32,000 nucleotides of DNA from Nitrosopumilus maritimus SCM1 (GCF_000018465.1 NC_010085.1:780001-812000); one strand, 5' to 3'. Positions 7,291 through 14,958 are shown, counted from the first letter of the stretch. A program made the numbers and translations. The notes: generated by a model from the letters alone, not told the origin.

Positions 7291-7641
7291 ATGACTGAAT
7301 TTACTCACAATCCTTATGAGAAAATATACGTCAGAGACATGATCAAGCTTGATTTAGACGATCTTATTGGTATGATGTCATCCTTAGAATCTGCAAATGC
7401 TTACTGGGTTGAGGGGGTATTATTTGCCAGTTTTGCTATGACTGAATCAGAAGAACTGGCTAAAAAAGAGATGCAAAATGAGATGTATCTAGATAAAATT
7501 ATTTTTGCAAAATATGAAAACTATTCAAAGACAGTTAAATCATCAACAAACCTAGAAATTGGCGTGTTGAATATGAGTAAAAGCAAATTATATCAAGATT
7601 TGATATCGTGGCTCAAGTCACAACCAATTTGGAATGAATGA
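7291..7641 (+). CDS. hypothetical protein
   Basis: 116-aa ORF with plausible composition. Confidence 0.7.
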   Translation: MTEFTHNPYEKIYVRDMIKLDLDDLIGMMSSLESANAYWVEGVLFASFAMTESEELAKKEMQNEMYLDKIIFAKYENYSKTVKSSTNLEIGVLNMSKSKLYQDLISWLKSQPIWNE

Positions 7642-7662
7642 ATAATTTTAGAAAAATTGAGC

Positions 7663-7836
7663 CTAGTTTGAAAGAATGGTATGATCCATATGCATCATCA
7701 TACACTGCATATGTATTTCTTCATCAGTTGTGTGCCCAAGTTTTCCACATGTGAATTGGATTGGCTTGAAACACACATTACATTTTTTGTAAACGTACAA
7801 TTGTTCACCACACTTTCGGCAAGATATATCTTTCAT
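7663..7836 (-). CDS. 57-aa zinc-ribbon-like microprotein (not in ORF track)
   Basis: MKDISCRKCGEQLYVYKKCNVCFKPIQFTCGKLGHTTDEEIHMQCMMMHMDHTILSN; CRKC, CNVC and CGKLGH. Confidence 0.65.
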   Translation of the reverse strand: MKDISCRKCGEQLYVYKKCNVCFKPIQFTCGKLGHTTDEEIHMQCMMMHMDHTILSN

Positions 7837-7873
7837 GAGTTTTATTTGTAAAAAAATTAATTTAAACCATATT

Positions 7874-7937
7874 AAAATTAGAACAGACTAATTAGGTCAT
7901 GCTAATTAGTTTGCACTAATTAGAAGAGACTAATTTT
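7874..7937. promoter_or_regulatory. 14-bp-phased iteron array, consensus CTAATTAG
   Basis: CTAATTAG at 7888, 7902 and 7916, with degenerate copies AAAATTAG at 7874 and CTAATTTT at 7930. Exact 14-nt period. Confidence 0.7.
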
Positions 7938-7973
7938 CAAAGCGTTTAATAGAAAATTTTTTCATAACAAAAC

Positions 7974-8063
7974 ATGGAAAAAAGTTGTAAAGTTTGTGGA
8001 AGAAATCTTGATTCAAACTCTAGTATTTGTTCTATGGAATGTACATTAATTTCCGGATACTAA
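7974..8063 (+). CDS. 29-aa four-Cys microprotein (not in ORF track)
   Basis: MEKSCKVCGRNLDSNSSICSMECTLISGY; CxxC...CxxxC, TATA-like TTTAAT about 27 nt upstream of the ATG. Confidence 0.6.
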   Translation: MEKSCKVCGRNLDSNSSICSMECTLISGY

Positions 8064-8094
8064 TTTTAAAATAATATTCTTTGAATAATTAATC

Positions 8095-8304
8095 ATGAGT
8101 GAAGGATCTGATCTTAAAGAAAAAATTTTAGAATACATTAAAAATAGATCAGAGATCAACGAAACAACTGCAACACGACACATTCACAGAAGATTTGGAA
8201 TCGTAGAAGAAGAGATTGATAATATCCTTGATGAATTGTTTAAAGAAAACAAAATAAAGAAAATTTACGATAAAGAATATCAGGAAAATAGATTCGAAAT
8301 ATGA
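8095..8304 (+). CDS. small winged-helix-like protein
   Basis: 69 aa; KILEYIKNRSEINETTATRHIHRRFGIVEEEIDNILDELFKENKIKKIYDKEYQ. Confidence 0.6.
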   Translation: MSEGSDLKEKILEYIKNRSEINETTATRHIHRRFGIVEEEIDNILDELFKENKIKKIYDKEYQENRFEI

Positions 8305-8329
8305 TTTTCAAATCAATCTTTTTAAGAGA

Positions 8330-8872
8330 ATGAGTTTAGAAAAAATCATGATGCTAAAATCAGAAAAATCAATCAAAGAATATCTCCAAAAATTACCGGA
8401 TGACACCATAATCAAATACTACCTAGATGTAGAATACAGTCCATTTCCAATCCTAGTTATTGAAGAATATACCAGGAGGTTCAAGAAAAAGACAAAAAAT
8501 GAGATTATCAAGGATTTGAAGTATCAGAGTAGGTTAGCACGTAAAAAAACTCAAGAATTGGGCAAAATGGCAAAAAGACACAAACTGGTAGATGATGTTA
8601 CGAAGCAAAAATCTGATGAAATCATCAAACATGCAAAAAAGAGAGGATTTGAAATTAGTCAAGCAATTTCAAAAAAGAAAGAAAAACTTGCCACTAAACT
8701 CAAAAAAACAGCAAAACCAGGTACTGTCAAAAAAAGAATTTCAACGAAATTAAAGACATCTACACAGAAACATCTAGAAGAATTAGAAAAATTAGGGGAA
8801 TTAAAGAAACAAGGATTAATCACTGCCAAAGAATTCCAAGATACAAAGAAAAAGATCCTAGCAAAAATCTAA
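8330..8872 (+). CDS. SHOCT-like C-terminal domain protein
   Basis: 180 aa; Lys-rich middle, C-terminus LEELEKLGELKKQGLITAKEFQDTKKKILAKI fits the SHOCT pattern. Confidence 0.7.
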   Translation: MSLEKIMMLKSEKSIKEYLQKLPDDTIIKYYLDVEYSPFPILVIEEYTRRFKKKTKNEIIKDLKYQSRLARKKTQELGKMAKRHKLVDDVTKQKSDEIIKHAKKRGFEISQAISKKKEKLATKLKKTAKPGTVKKRISTKLKTSTQKHLEELEKLGELKKQGLITAKEFQDTKKKILAKI

Positions 8873-8896
8873 ACATATTAGCAACAAGTGCTCAAA

Positions 8897-9313
8897 TCAG
8901 GAATTTTGATTTGTTTTAAACATGGAAATCCAGTTTTGCATAATCTTTTTGTTCAAATCAACAAAAGTGTCTGAATTATCATTTAACGTCTTTGCATAGT
9001 TTTTGTTTTGTTCAACATTTGCAATTGCCATTTTATGCAAGATAGAGCGAAACTTTATTGTTTCATCAGACATGTTTTTGATAATATCTTTTGCAGTGTC
9101 AGGAAATGAATAATCTAATCCAGATTTATTAAAAAATTCTTTTTGAAGGGAAAGTTGTGAATTTACATAGTTTTTCCATAATTTGTAATACTCGTTTTGT
9201 AAATCAAACAATGTTTGTTGGATGTGAGGAACATTTTGTTCTAACTCTAGAAAATACTTTTTGTTTATATTTTCAAATAACTCAAAATCGTTATTTTGAG
9301 ATTTTTCGGACAT
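8897..9313 (-). CDS. helical protein, weakly phasin-like
   Basis: 138 aa; amphipathic helices (LFDLQNEYYKLWKNYVNSQLSLQKEFF...). Confidence 0.6.
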   Translation of the reverse strand: MSEKSQNNDFELFENINKKYFLELEQNVPHIQQTLFDLQNEYYKLWKNYVNSQLSLQKEFFNKSGLDYSFPDTAKDIIKNMSDETIKFRSILHKMAIANVEQNKNYAKTLNDNSDTFVDLNKKIMQNWISMFKTNQNS

Positions 9314-9418
9314 AATTTTTTGATAATTTGTGAGAATTTAAACTAGTAGGTAAAAAGCAACCACAGTATTATTTGAAATGAAATGAATATACACTAGTAA
9401 TTTACAATACAAACTCAG

Positions 9419-9718
9419 ATGATTACATTTGAAAATAGAGTGCGCTACGAATACAAAATAAAAACAGCTAGAGTAGATACGCTTGTAAAATCGATATTGA
9501 CGCATAGAGATCCAAAAAGTCAAGAAGCCAAAGATGCATCAAAATTTCTTGATGTGTTGATTACAGAGATAGATAGATTTTATGAAGAGCATAGCGATAT
9601 CTTGTCAAAAAAAGGCAAAAGACCACATCCACGTTCACGATTACCAGAGAACAAAGAATGGAATGAAAATGTAGAAAAATATTATGAAAAAAATCCTCGT
9701 AAGAGGCCTAAAAAATAA
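9419..9718 (+). CDS. hypothetical protein, possible distant relative of 12948..13280
   Basis: 99 aa; FLDVLITEIDRFYEEHSDILSKKGKRP. Confidence 0.6.
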   Translation: MITFENRVRYEYKIKTARVDTLVKSILTHRDPKSQEAKDASKFLDVLITEIDRFYEEHSDILSKKGKRPHPRSRLPENKEWNENVEKYYEKNPRKRPKK

Positions 9719-9743
9719 AAAAGACTAGATTTCTGAAATCATC

Positions 9744-10397
9744 TCATTTATGACAGGAGCAGTTGTGTTCTTTGCCACCACAAGATGAACCGTGTGAACT
9801 ATCTTTACAAGAACCACCCATGCCATGTTTGTCATCTCTATCATGTTCACTATGTTTACCACATTTACAAGAACAGCTATGTTCACCATGTGCACCATCT
9901 TTACCGTGTGAACTATCTTTACAAGAACCACTCATGCCATGTTTGTCTTTCATGTCATGTTGTTTATCATTCATCATGTGAGACATGTGTTGCATATGAT
10001 CAACAAAACTCATTGATTGCATCTTTTCATACATTTTATCAAACATCTTCATCATATGGGATTTTTCAGAATCATTCAATGAATCCCATGCAGATACAAG
10101 TTGGGTTCTATGAAGCTCAAATAATCTCTCCATTTTGGCCATAGCCATTTGAGAACTTATTGATGAGCCACGTAATTCAGGCAAGGATTTACGTTCACCG
10201 TCAGAAGTGAAATCTTCAGGAGTACATAATCTATCTCCACAAACTTTGTGCTTTGTTTCCATTCCATATTTTGAACTTTTTACACCTTGAGCTTTTGCAG
10301 CATCAACAGATTCTATGGAACCAATTTGAATTGTAATTGCCATTGATAAAACAATTGCAATTAGGAATAAAGCAGAATATCCAATTTTCATTATCAA
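9744..10397 (-). CDS. exported protein with His/Cys/Asp-rich C-terminal repeats (candidate metal-binding)
   Basis: N-terminal signal-like MKIGYSALFLIAIVLSMAITIQI; C-terminus repeats DKHGM(S/G)GSCKDSSHG plus CSCKCGKH and CSCHK. Confidence 0.8.
   Translation of the reverse strand: MIMKIGYSALFLIAIVLSMAITIQIGSIESVDAAKAQGVKSSKYGMETKHKVCGDRLCTPEDFTSDGERKSLPELRGSSISSQMAMAKMERLFELHRTQLVSAWDSLNDSEKSHMMKMFDKMYEKMQSMSFVDHMQHMSHMMNDKQHDMKDKHGMSGSCKDSSHGKDGAHGEHSCSCKCGKHSEHDRDDKHGMGGSCKDSSHGSSCGGKEHNCSCHK
9789..9947. repeat. 45-bp direct repeat, two copies (9789-9833 and 9903-9947)
   Basis: accgtgtgaactatctttacaagaaccac(c/t)catgccatgtttgtc, one mismatch, 114-bp offset, inside the 9744..10397 coding sequence. 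Confidence 0.9.
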
Positions 10398-10545
10398 AGC
10401 ATATCAAATATTCCTTAAAAATAAAGATGTGAATATCCAATTTTGAAAATAACGTGTCTGTTTTTATGAAGAAAAAAGTATGGCAATAATTCCATTTCTG
10501 GGAAATTCCAAGATTGTTTTTATTATCAAATTCAAATAAATCATC

Positions 10546-10656
10546 ATGAATGGGTCTCCTAACCACACCTTCATACAAGATTGTAAAGAAGAATATGCTA
10601 GGTTAGAAGACAGCATCAAATCCATAGAGGATCTTTTTCAAGAAATTAGTGATTAG
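10546..10656 (+). CDS. 36-aa possible microprotein (not in ORF track)
   Basis: MNGSPNHTFIQDCKEEYARLEDSIKSIEDLFQEISD; amphipathic helix-like. Confidence 0.35.
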   Translation: MNGSPNHTFIQDCKEEYARLEDSIKSIEDLFQEISD

Positions 10657-10669
10657 TTAAGAAAACTAA

Positions 10670-10738
10670 CTAATCGTCATCGAAGTCATAATCATCGTCA
10701 TCATAACATTCGATGAAATCAAATTCTTCGTATTTCAT
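10670..10738 (-). CDS. 22-aa hyperacidic microprotein (not in ORF track)
   Basis: MKYEEFDFIECYDDDDYDFDDD. Confidence 0.3.
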   Translation of the reverse strand: MKYEEFDFIECYDDDDYDFDDD

Positions 10739-10858
10739 GATTATCGTACAAATTCAAAGTAAATAGATCTTCAGTAAAGGAACTATGATTTTCTATGATT
10801 CTATATAGTTGGTTTGAGCCTAGAAATTCTCAAATATTGTCAGACACAAAAACCAATC

Positions 10859-11050
10859 ATGGAAAATCCAACTGAGATCAATTCAGTATATTGGGATGAA
10901 GAAACAAAGTCATGGCAATACAAAATTGTTCCAGTCGAAGAATATCATGGATTTACAGAATGTCAGCATTGTAGAAGACCAATGTCTCACAACATAAAGA
11001 GTGAGGGAGAATTCAAGGTAGTTTATACAAAATGTGGTTGTTCACGTTGA
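10859..11050 (+). CDS. small Cys/His-containing protein
   Basis: MENPTEINSVYWDEE...FTECQHCRRPMSHNIKSEGEFKVVYTKCGCSR; the track starts upstream at 10814, but 10859 looks likelier. Confidence 0.65.
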   Translation: MENPTEINSVYWDEETKSWQYKIVPVEEYHGFTECQHCRRPMSHNIKSEGEFKVVYTKCGCSR

Positions 11051-11053
11051 TAA

Positions 11054-11131
11054 TTATTTTCCATAAGACATGTAAATTAAAACCCCTGAGAGAATAACAA
11101 TCAAGATTGCAGGAGGCATCCACGATTTCAT
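11054..11131 (-). CDS. 25-aa single-TM microprotein overlapping the nuclease stop (not in ORF track)
   Basis: MKSWMPPAILIVILSGVLIYMSYGK; its ATG shares ATGA with the TGA of 11128..11799. Confidence 0.45.
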   Translation of the reverse strand: MKSWMPPAILIVILSGVLIYMSYGK

Positions 11132-11799
11132 AACATCACTTCATTGTTTAGATAGTATTGTTCAAGTCGCTCATAGAGAGGTTCTACATAATCATCACAG
11201 GTTTTGACAAACTCTTGTCGAGTGTTTTTTTCACTACTAACAAGAATGACTACCTGATTGATTTTTTGGCCGGTGACTTCTTGAAACATTTGAGCATAAC
11301 AAGTGGTTTGCAAATAATATTCATACATGTATTCATCAACTTGGGGTTTTCTTTTTGTTTTATAGTCAATAATAGATAATTCTCCATTGTATTTTGCAAT
11401 AAGGTCACTGGTTCCTGCAACTTTTAGTTTGTCTGAATACATTCGTTGTTCAATACATGTAACATCAGAGATGTTTTCCAAATAGGGTTTTAGATTATGA
11501 AAATGAGCAATAGGAAGTAAATCAAAATCATCTAAATTCAAATTTCTACTCAAATAGTCTTCAATGATTTGATGAGACTGGGTGCCAATATGTTGAGATT
11601 GTGCAGTGATGTATTGATGAGCAGGTTCATTTTCTTTCCAAGATGCCAAACCATTTTTCTTTTCTTCAGGAGCAGTTGCAGACAAGATGGTGTTTATGGA
11701 AGGGTAAATTTTATCAAATTTTGTCTGATACCAATGGCCATCGTCTCGGTCAAGTAATGTGGGCTCTCTTATTTTCAACATCTGAGCAAAATTAGGCAT
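11128..11799 (-). CDS. PD-(D/E)XK superfamily nuclease, RecB/MGME1-like
   Basis: 223 aa; KVAGTSDLIAKYNGELSIIDYKTKRKPQ...YYLQTTCYAQMFQEVTG gives D, (D)YK and QTxxYA motifs. Confidence 0.8.
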   Translation of the reverse strand: MPNFAQMLKIREPTLLDRDDGHWYQTKFDKIYPSINTILSATAPEEKKNGLASWKENEPAHQYITAQSQHIGTQSHQIIEDYLSRNLNLDDFDLLPIAHFHNLKPYLENISDVTCIEQRMYSDKLKVAGTSDLIAKYNGELSIIDYKTKRKPQVDEYMYEYYLQTTCYAQMFQEVTGQKINQVVILVSSEKNTRQEFVKTCDDYVEPLYERLEQYYLNNEVML

Positions 11800-11834
11800 G
11801 AATTTGTTTGGAGTACTAGTAATTTAATGCTAAG

Positions 11835-12236
11835 TCATTTGATCATCTTTTGAAATTTATCAAATTCAGATTTTGTTTTCACAAATTGATCTGTGTTAAG
11901 TTTGAGTGAAAAGAGAGGATCCATTTTGTCATTAATGATGAAAATCCGTTCATCAAAGATTACAGTTTCAATAAATTCATCATTAGGATAAACAGTGAAC
12001 TGAAAGAATTCTTCATCAGTTTTTATTTTTAATTGAAACCCCATCAAAAGGCCAAATTCTTCATCTTTGTTTAGAAATCCTGTCAGACTAGCTCGAAGAG
12101 AAGGATTATCATTTATCGCATCATAGTTATTTTGAGTATCAATTACACATGCAACGGGTTTGCCTTGAAGATGTAAAATAACAGATTTGTGAGTAGGAAT
12201 AAAATCTTCAGTGTTACTCATTTTGTCCAGAGGCAT
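11835..12236 (-). CDS. hypothetical protein
   Basis: 133-aa ORF with plausible composition. Confidence 0.65.
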   Translation of the reverse strand: MPLDKMSNTEDFIPTHKSVILHLQGKPVACVIDTQNNYDAINDNPSLRASLTGFLNKDEEFGLLMGFQLKIKTDEEFFQFTVYPNDEFIETVIFDERIFIINDKMDPLFSLKLNTDQFVKTKSEFDKFQKMIK

Positions 12237-12289
12237 ATACTATCAAAGAATTTCAGTATTGTTAAGTATCACGATTTTTTAGTAAATTT

Positions 12290-12487
12290 ATGAGCAATCT
12301 TGATGATTCAATTGGAAAAATTCTACTAGAATTGCAAAAAGATGATCCCGAAACATTTGCTAAACTAATGAAAAAAGCACAACAGGAAACCCCAGAACTG
12401 TTTGAAGATATTGATGAAGAAAATAAAGAGATTGACGAATATAATAAAAAAGTAGAAGAGTACAACAAGACAATAGATGAAGAATAG
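12290..12487 (+). CDS. small acidic coiled-coil-like protein
   Basis: 65 aa; preferred over the antisense Ser-rich 12262..12492 frame. Confidence 0.6.
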   Translation: MSNLDDSIGKILLELQKDDPETFAKLMKKAQQETPELFEDIDEENKEIDEYNKKVEEYNKTIDEE

Positions 12488-12689
12488 TTCATAATAACCT
12501 CAGATTTTAAACCAAAATCAGCCTAAAAATCTCCTTGGGATACAAATGTCTTATTTGTAACATTGTTTTAGGAACTCCTAGAAAGCTCGAAGATCATCTT
12601 CAAATTGAGCACAAATGGGGTAAAAAACGAGAGATATAGGTTCAAAAAAAAAGAATTGATTTTTTAGTGAATGCTGTAAACAGAAATCA

Positions 12690-12899
12690 TTGAATTTTAT
12701 ATCAAAAAAAGTGCTAGATTTTCAAAAAAAGAAACTTGTTTCAGCTGAAGATACTCTAAAAAAATACATAGATGAAATGAAAAAATTTGAAAATACTCAA
12801 AACACAGAAGGGTTAGAAAATTCTAAAAAAATGATAAAAATATGGACAGACAATATTGAAAAAATTAAAAAAGAAATTAAAAAAATAGAATCAAGATGA
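12690..12899 (+). CDS. small coiled-coil-like protein
   Basis: 69 aa, Lys/Glu-rich heptad character. Confidence 0.55.
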   Translation: MNFISKKVLDFQKKKLVSAEDTLKKYIDEMKKFENTQNTEGLENSKKMIKIWTDNIEKIKKEIKKIESR

Positions 12900-12947
12900 T
12901 GTTCAAGAAATTATTCTCAGCAAGTATTATGAAAAGGAGTAAAAACT

Positions 12948-13280
12948 ATGAAATTTAAGAAAGATTCAGAATCATTAAATGAAAATTCAGAATTGAGAAT
13001 ACTTGCTGAATATAATAGGCGACTTAAACAGTTAAAGATTACACAGAAAAAAGTTAACAATTTGAGAAATCACGAGATGGATGAAGAAGCAAACAAGGTT
13101 CAAGATCTAGTCAAATTATTAGTAGAAGAGATGGAGGCATACTTTAGAACATATCGTAGTATATTGACAAAGTACGGAATCCTACCAGAGTATCCTTTAG
13201 AGATTGATGACATAACAAAAGAAGAAAGAGACACTGCAACTGCATGGCAAAATGCCCATCGAAAAAAATACGGAATATAG
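12948..13280 (+). CDS. hypothetical protein, possible distant relative of 9419..9718
   Basis: 110 aa; LVKLLVEEMEAYFRTYRSILTKYGILPEYPLE. Confidence 0.65.
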   Translation: MKFKKDSESLNENSELRILAEYNRRLKQLKITQKKVNNLRNHEMDEEANKVQDLVKLLVEEMEAYFRTYRSILTKYGILPEYPLEIDDITKEERDTATAWQNAHRKKYGI

Positions 13281-13455
13281 GAAAAACTAAGAACATACTA
13301 GTAAACATTACAATATTTATCCACAAAAATCCATGTCAAGAGTTCTAATTATGATCGCAATTGGTTAATTTTATGAATTAAACTGAAATTAGATGTTTAA
13401 AATTTAACTATATTTTTAAAAATGTATATAGATTTTTTGTAATTTTATGATATAA

Positions 13456-13507
13456 CTGATCACATAATGATCGATCAGATTTAAATACAATTCCCATTTT
13501 TGGGAAT
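13456..13507. promoter_or_regulatory. candidate promoter/operator of the 13511 gene: CTGATC...GATCAG, TTTAAATA and ATTCCCA-TTTT-TGGGAAT
   Basis: 6-bp inverted arms at 13456-13461/13473-13478, TATA-like box about 13480, 7-bp-arm palindrome 13490-13507 ending 3 nt before the ATG. Confidence 0.45.
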
Positions 13508-13510
13508 AGT

Positions 13511-14554
13511 ATGAAGGTATTCCTTGGCACCATTATGATGTTCATAGTTATTGGAGGTGTTTTAGAGGCATATGCAGAAGAATTCACATACAATGAAAAA
13601 GTTGCATATGCCGTTGAATCTCAAAAAGTTATAGCTCACATGATTGCAATATACGATAATCTTGGAAAAGATGGAATCTATAGCGAGTTGAGTAATATGC
13701 ATTTTGATCATATTCTAAAACATAATTTGGAAGTTATGGAAAATTATTATTCAGAACATGCTGATTATCAAGATGAATTAAAACACACATTATTAGAAAT
13801 AGAAAATAGCGGATTTAATGAAAAAGCAGTCTTTATTGAACATGCAAAAAAACTATTTCCGTTATTGAATTCAGGTACAGATTTGATTACGTCTGACCTA
13901 AATGATGAAAAGTTCTTTAGATTGGTTGTTGTGATGTTATTATTAGAATCTGTAAAGACAGAGTATATTGAATCTCAAGAAACAGCAGGTGTTGAATCAT
14001 TATTGAAAAAACAACATGCAGACACCATGGCAATTAGAGCTCACATGTATTTTGAAAATACCAATGAAATTCCCATAGAAATGAAATATGTAATTGAGCA
14101 AAAATTTCAAAGAATTTTTCAATTAATGAATAGTCACGAAGTAAAAATTGAACATTATGATTTACTTAATGAGATAGTAACTGAAATTTATGACCATATA
14201 GAGGAAAATGAACAAAGTAATTCTAACAAAGAATTAGATGAGACCAAAATTTTAAACAAAGAGTCAGATGAACCAGAAAAGACAGGACCAAAAATCATGT
14301 TGCGTACAGACCAGAAAAATGGCAATGAAATTGTATCGTTTGAAGGTACAGGATTTCCTAGAGATATTAGAGTCGATATAAAATATGTAACAAACCTAGA
14401 CAAAGAAATTCAACATGTAAAAGTTCGTAGTCTTGATAATGGAACATTTTATCTGCCCATAGAAATGAACCCAGAAGAAAAAACATATTTTCTAAATGCA
14501 GAATATATGGAAACTGTAACTGTGTTTACAATATCAAATAACATACAATACTAA
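13511..14554 (+). CDS. secreted/exported hypothetical protein
   Basis: 347 aa; signal-peptide-like MKVFLGTIMMFIVIGGVLEAYAEE. Confidence 0.75.
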   Translation: MKVFLGTIMMFIVIGGVLEAYAEEFTYNEKVAYAVESQKVIAHMIAIYDNLGKDGIYSELSNMHFDHILKHNLEVMENYYSEHADYQDELKHTLLEIENSGFNEKAVFIEHAKKLFPLLNSGTDLITSDLNDEKFFRLVVVMLLLESVKTEYIESQETAGVESLLKKQHADTMAIRAHMYFENTNEIPIEMKYVIEQKFQRIFQLMNSHEVKIEHYDLLNEIVTEIYDHIEENEQSNSNKELDETKILNKESDEPEKTGPKIMLRTDQKNGNEIVSFEGTGFPRDIRVDIKYVTNLDKEIQHVKVRSLDNGTFYLPIEMNPEEKTYFLNAEYMETVTVFTISNNIQY

Positions 14555-14618
14555 CAAAGGGTATTTTTGAGAAATAGGAGAAGAAAAACGAAACTAGAAA
14601 AATTTCGCTTTCCTTTGT

Positions 14619-14807
14619 TTACTGTAATGAATAATGGACATCACAAAATAGCACAGTTCCATTTGGCAAAGTTTTTGCAGTAATAGAGTGGCCATCTTCC
14701 AATCCTTTGCCACACACATAGCACTCTACTTTGCTTACTGAAGTCTGAATGTCTTGTTTTTTGAGAATTTGCATGTCCTGCATAATTGCTCGATTTACCC
14801 CCTGCAT
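14619..14807 (-). CDS. small CxxC...CxxH protein
   Basis: 62 aa; VECYVCGKGLEDGHSITAKTLPNGTVLFCDVHYSLQ. Confidence 0.65.
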   Translation of the reverse strand: MQGVNRAIMQDMQILKKQDIQTSVSKVECYVCGKGLEDGHSITAKTLPNGTVLFCDVHYSLQ

Positions 14808-14841
14808 GGTAACTATACTACGATCAACTAGCCTATAAAGG

Positions 14842-14858
14842 TACCGTACTATACGGTA
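14842..14858. promoter_or_regulatory. 17-bp perfect palindrome TACCGTA-CTA-TACGGTA, candidate operator
   Basis: Lies directly upstream of a reverse-strand TATA-like CTTTATAG (14833-14840) serving 14619..14807, in the divergent gap with trpE. Confidence 0.5.
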
Positions 14859-14958
14859 ACCACTATGAGCCTAGAAGATAAGCCAATTTAGACAAGAATT
14901 GTGACAACAAAACCTACTTTACAATTTAAATAATAAACCACTAAAATTTTGTCTATGG

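Noticed and set aside
9763-10144. Cys/His-rich ORFs 9763..9981 and 9785..10144 on the + strand
   Set aside because: Antisense shadows of the repetitive 9744..10397 gene, which has a signal peptide and coherent composition.
12262-12492. 76-aa Ser-rich reverse ORF
   Set aside because: Shadow of the acidic 12290..12487 gene (Glu/Asp codons read antisense as Ser/Phe).
12584-12625. Small stem GCTC...GAAGA-TCA-TCTTC...GAGC in the 12.5-12.7 kb gap
   Set aside because: Only 4-5 bp helices with an unpaired bulge; within what chance would give.
1-14800. First half interpreted as an integrated virus or defence island
   Set aside because: No integrase, capsid, Rep, Cas, restriction-modification or toxin-antitoxin signature recognised. 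Small hypothetical genes are common in this lineage, so the evidence is insufficient.
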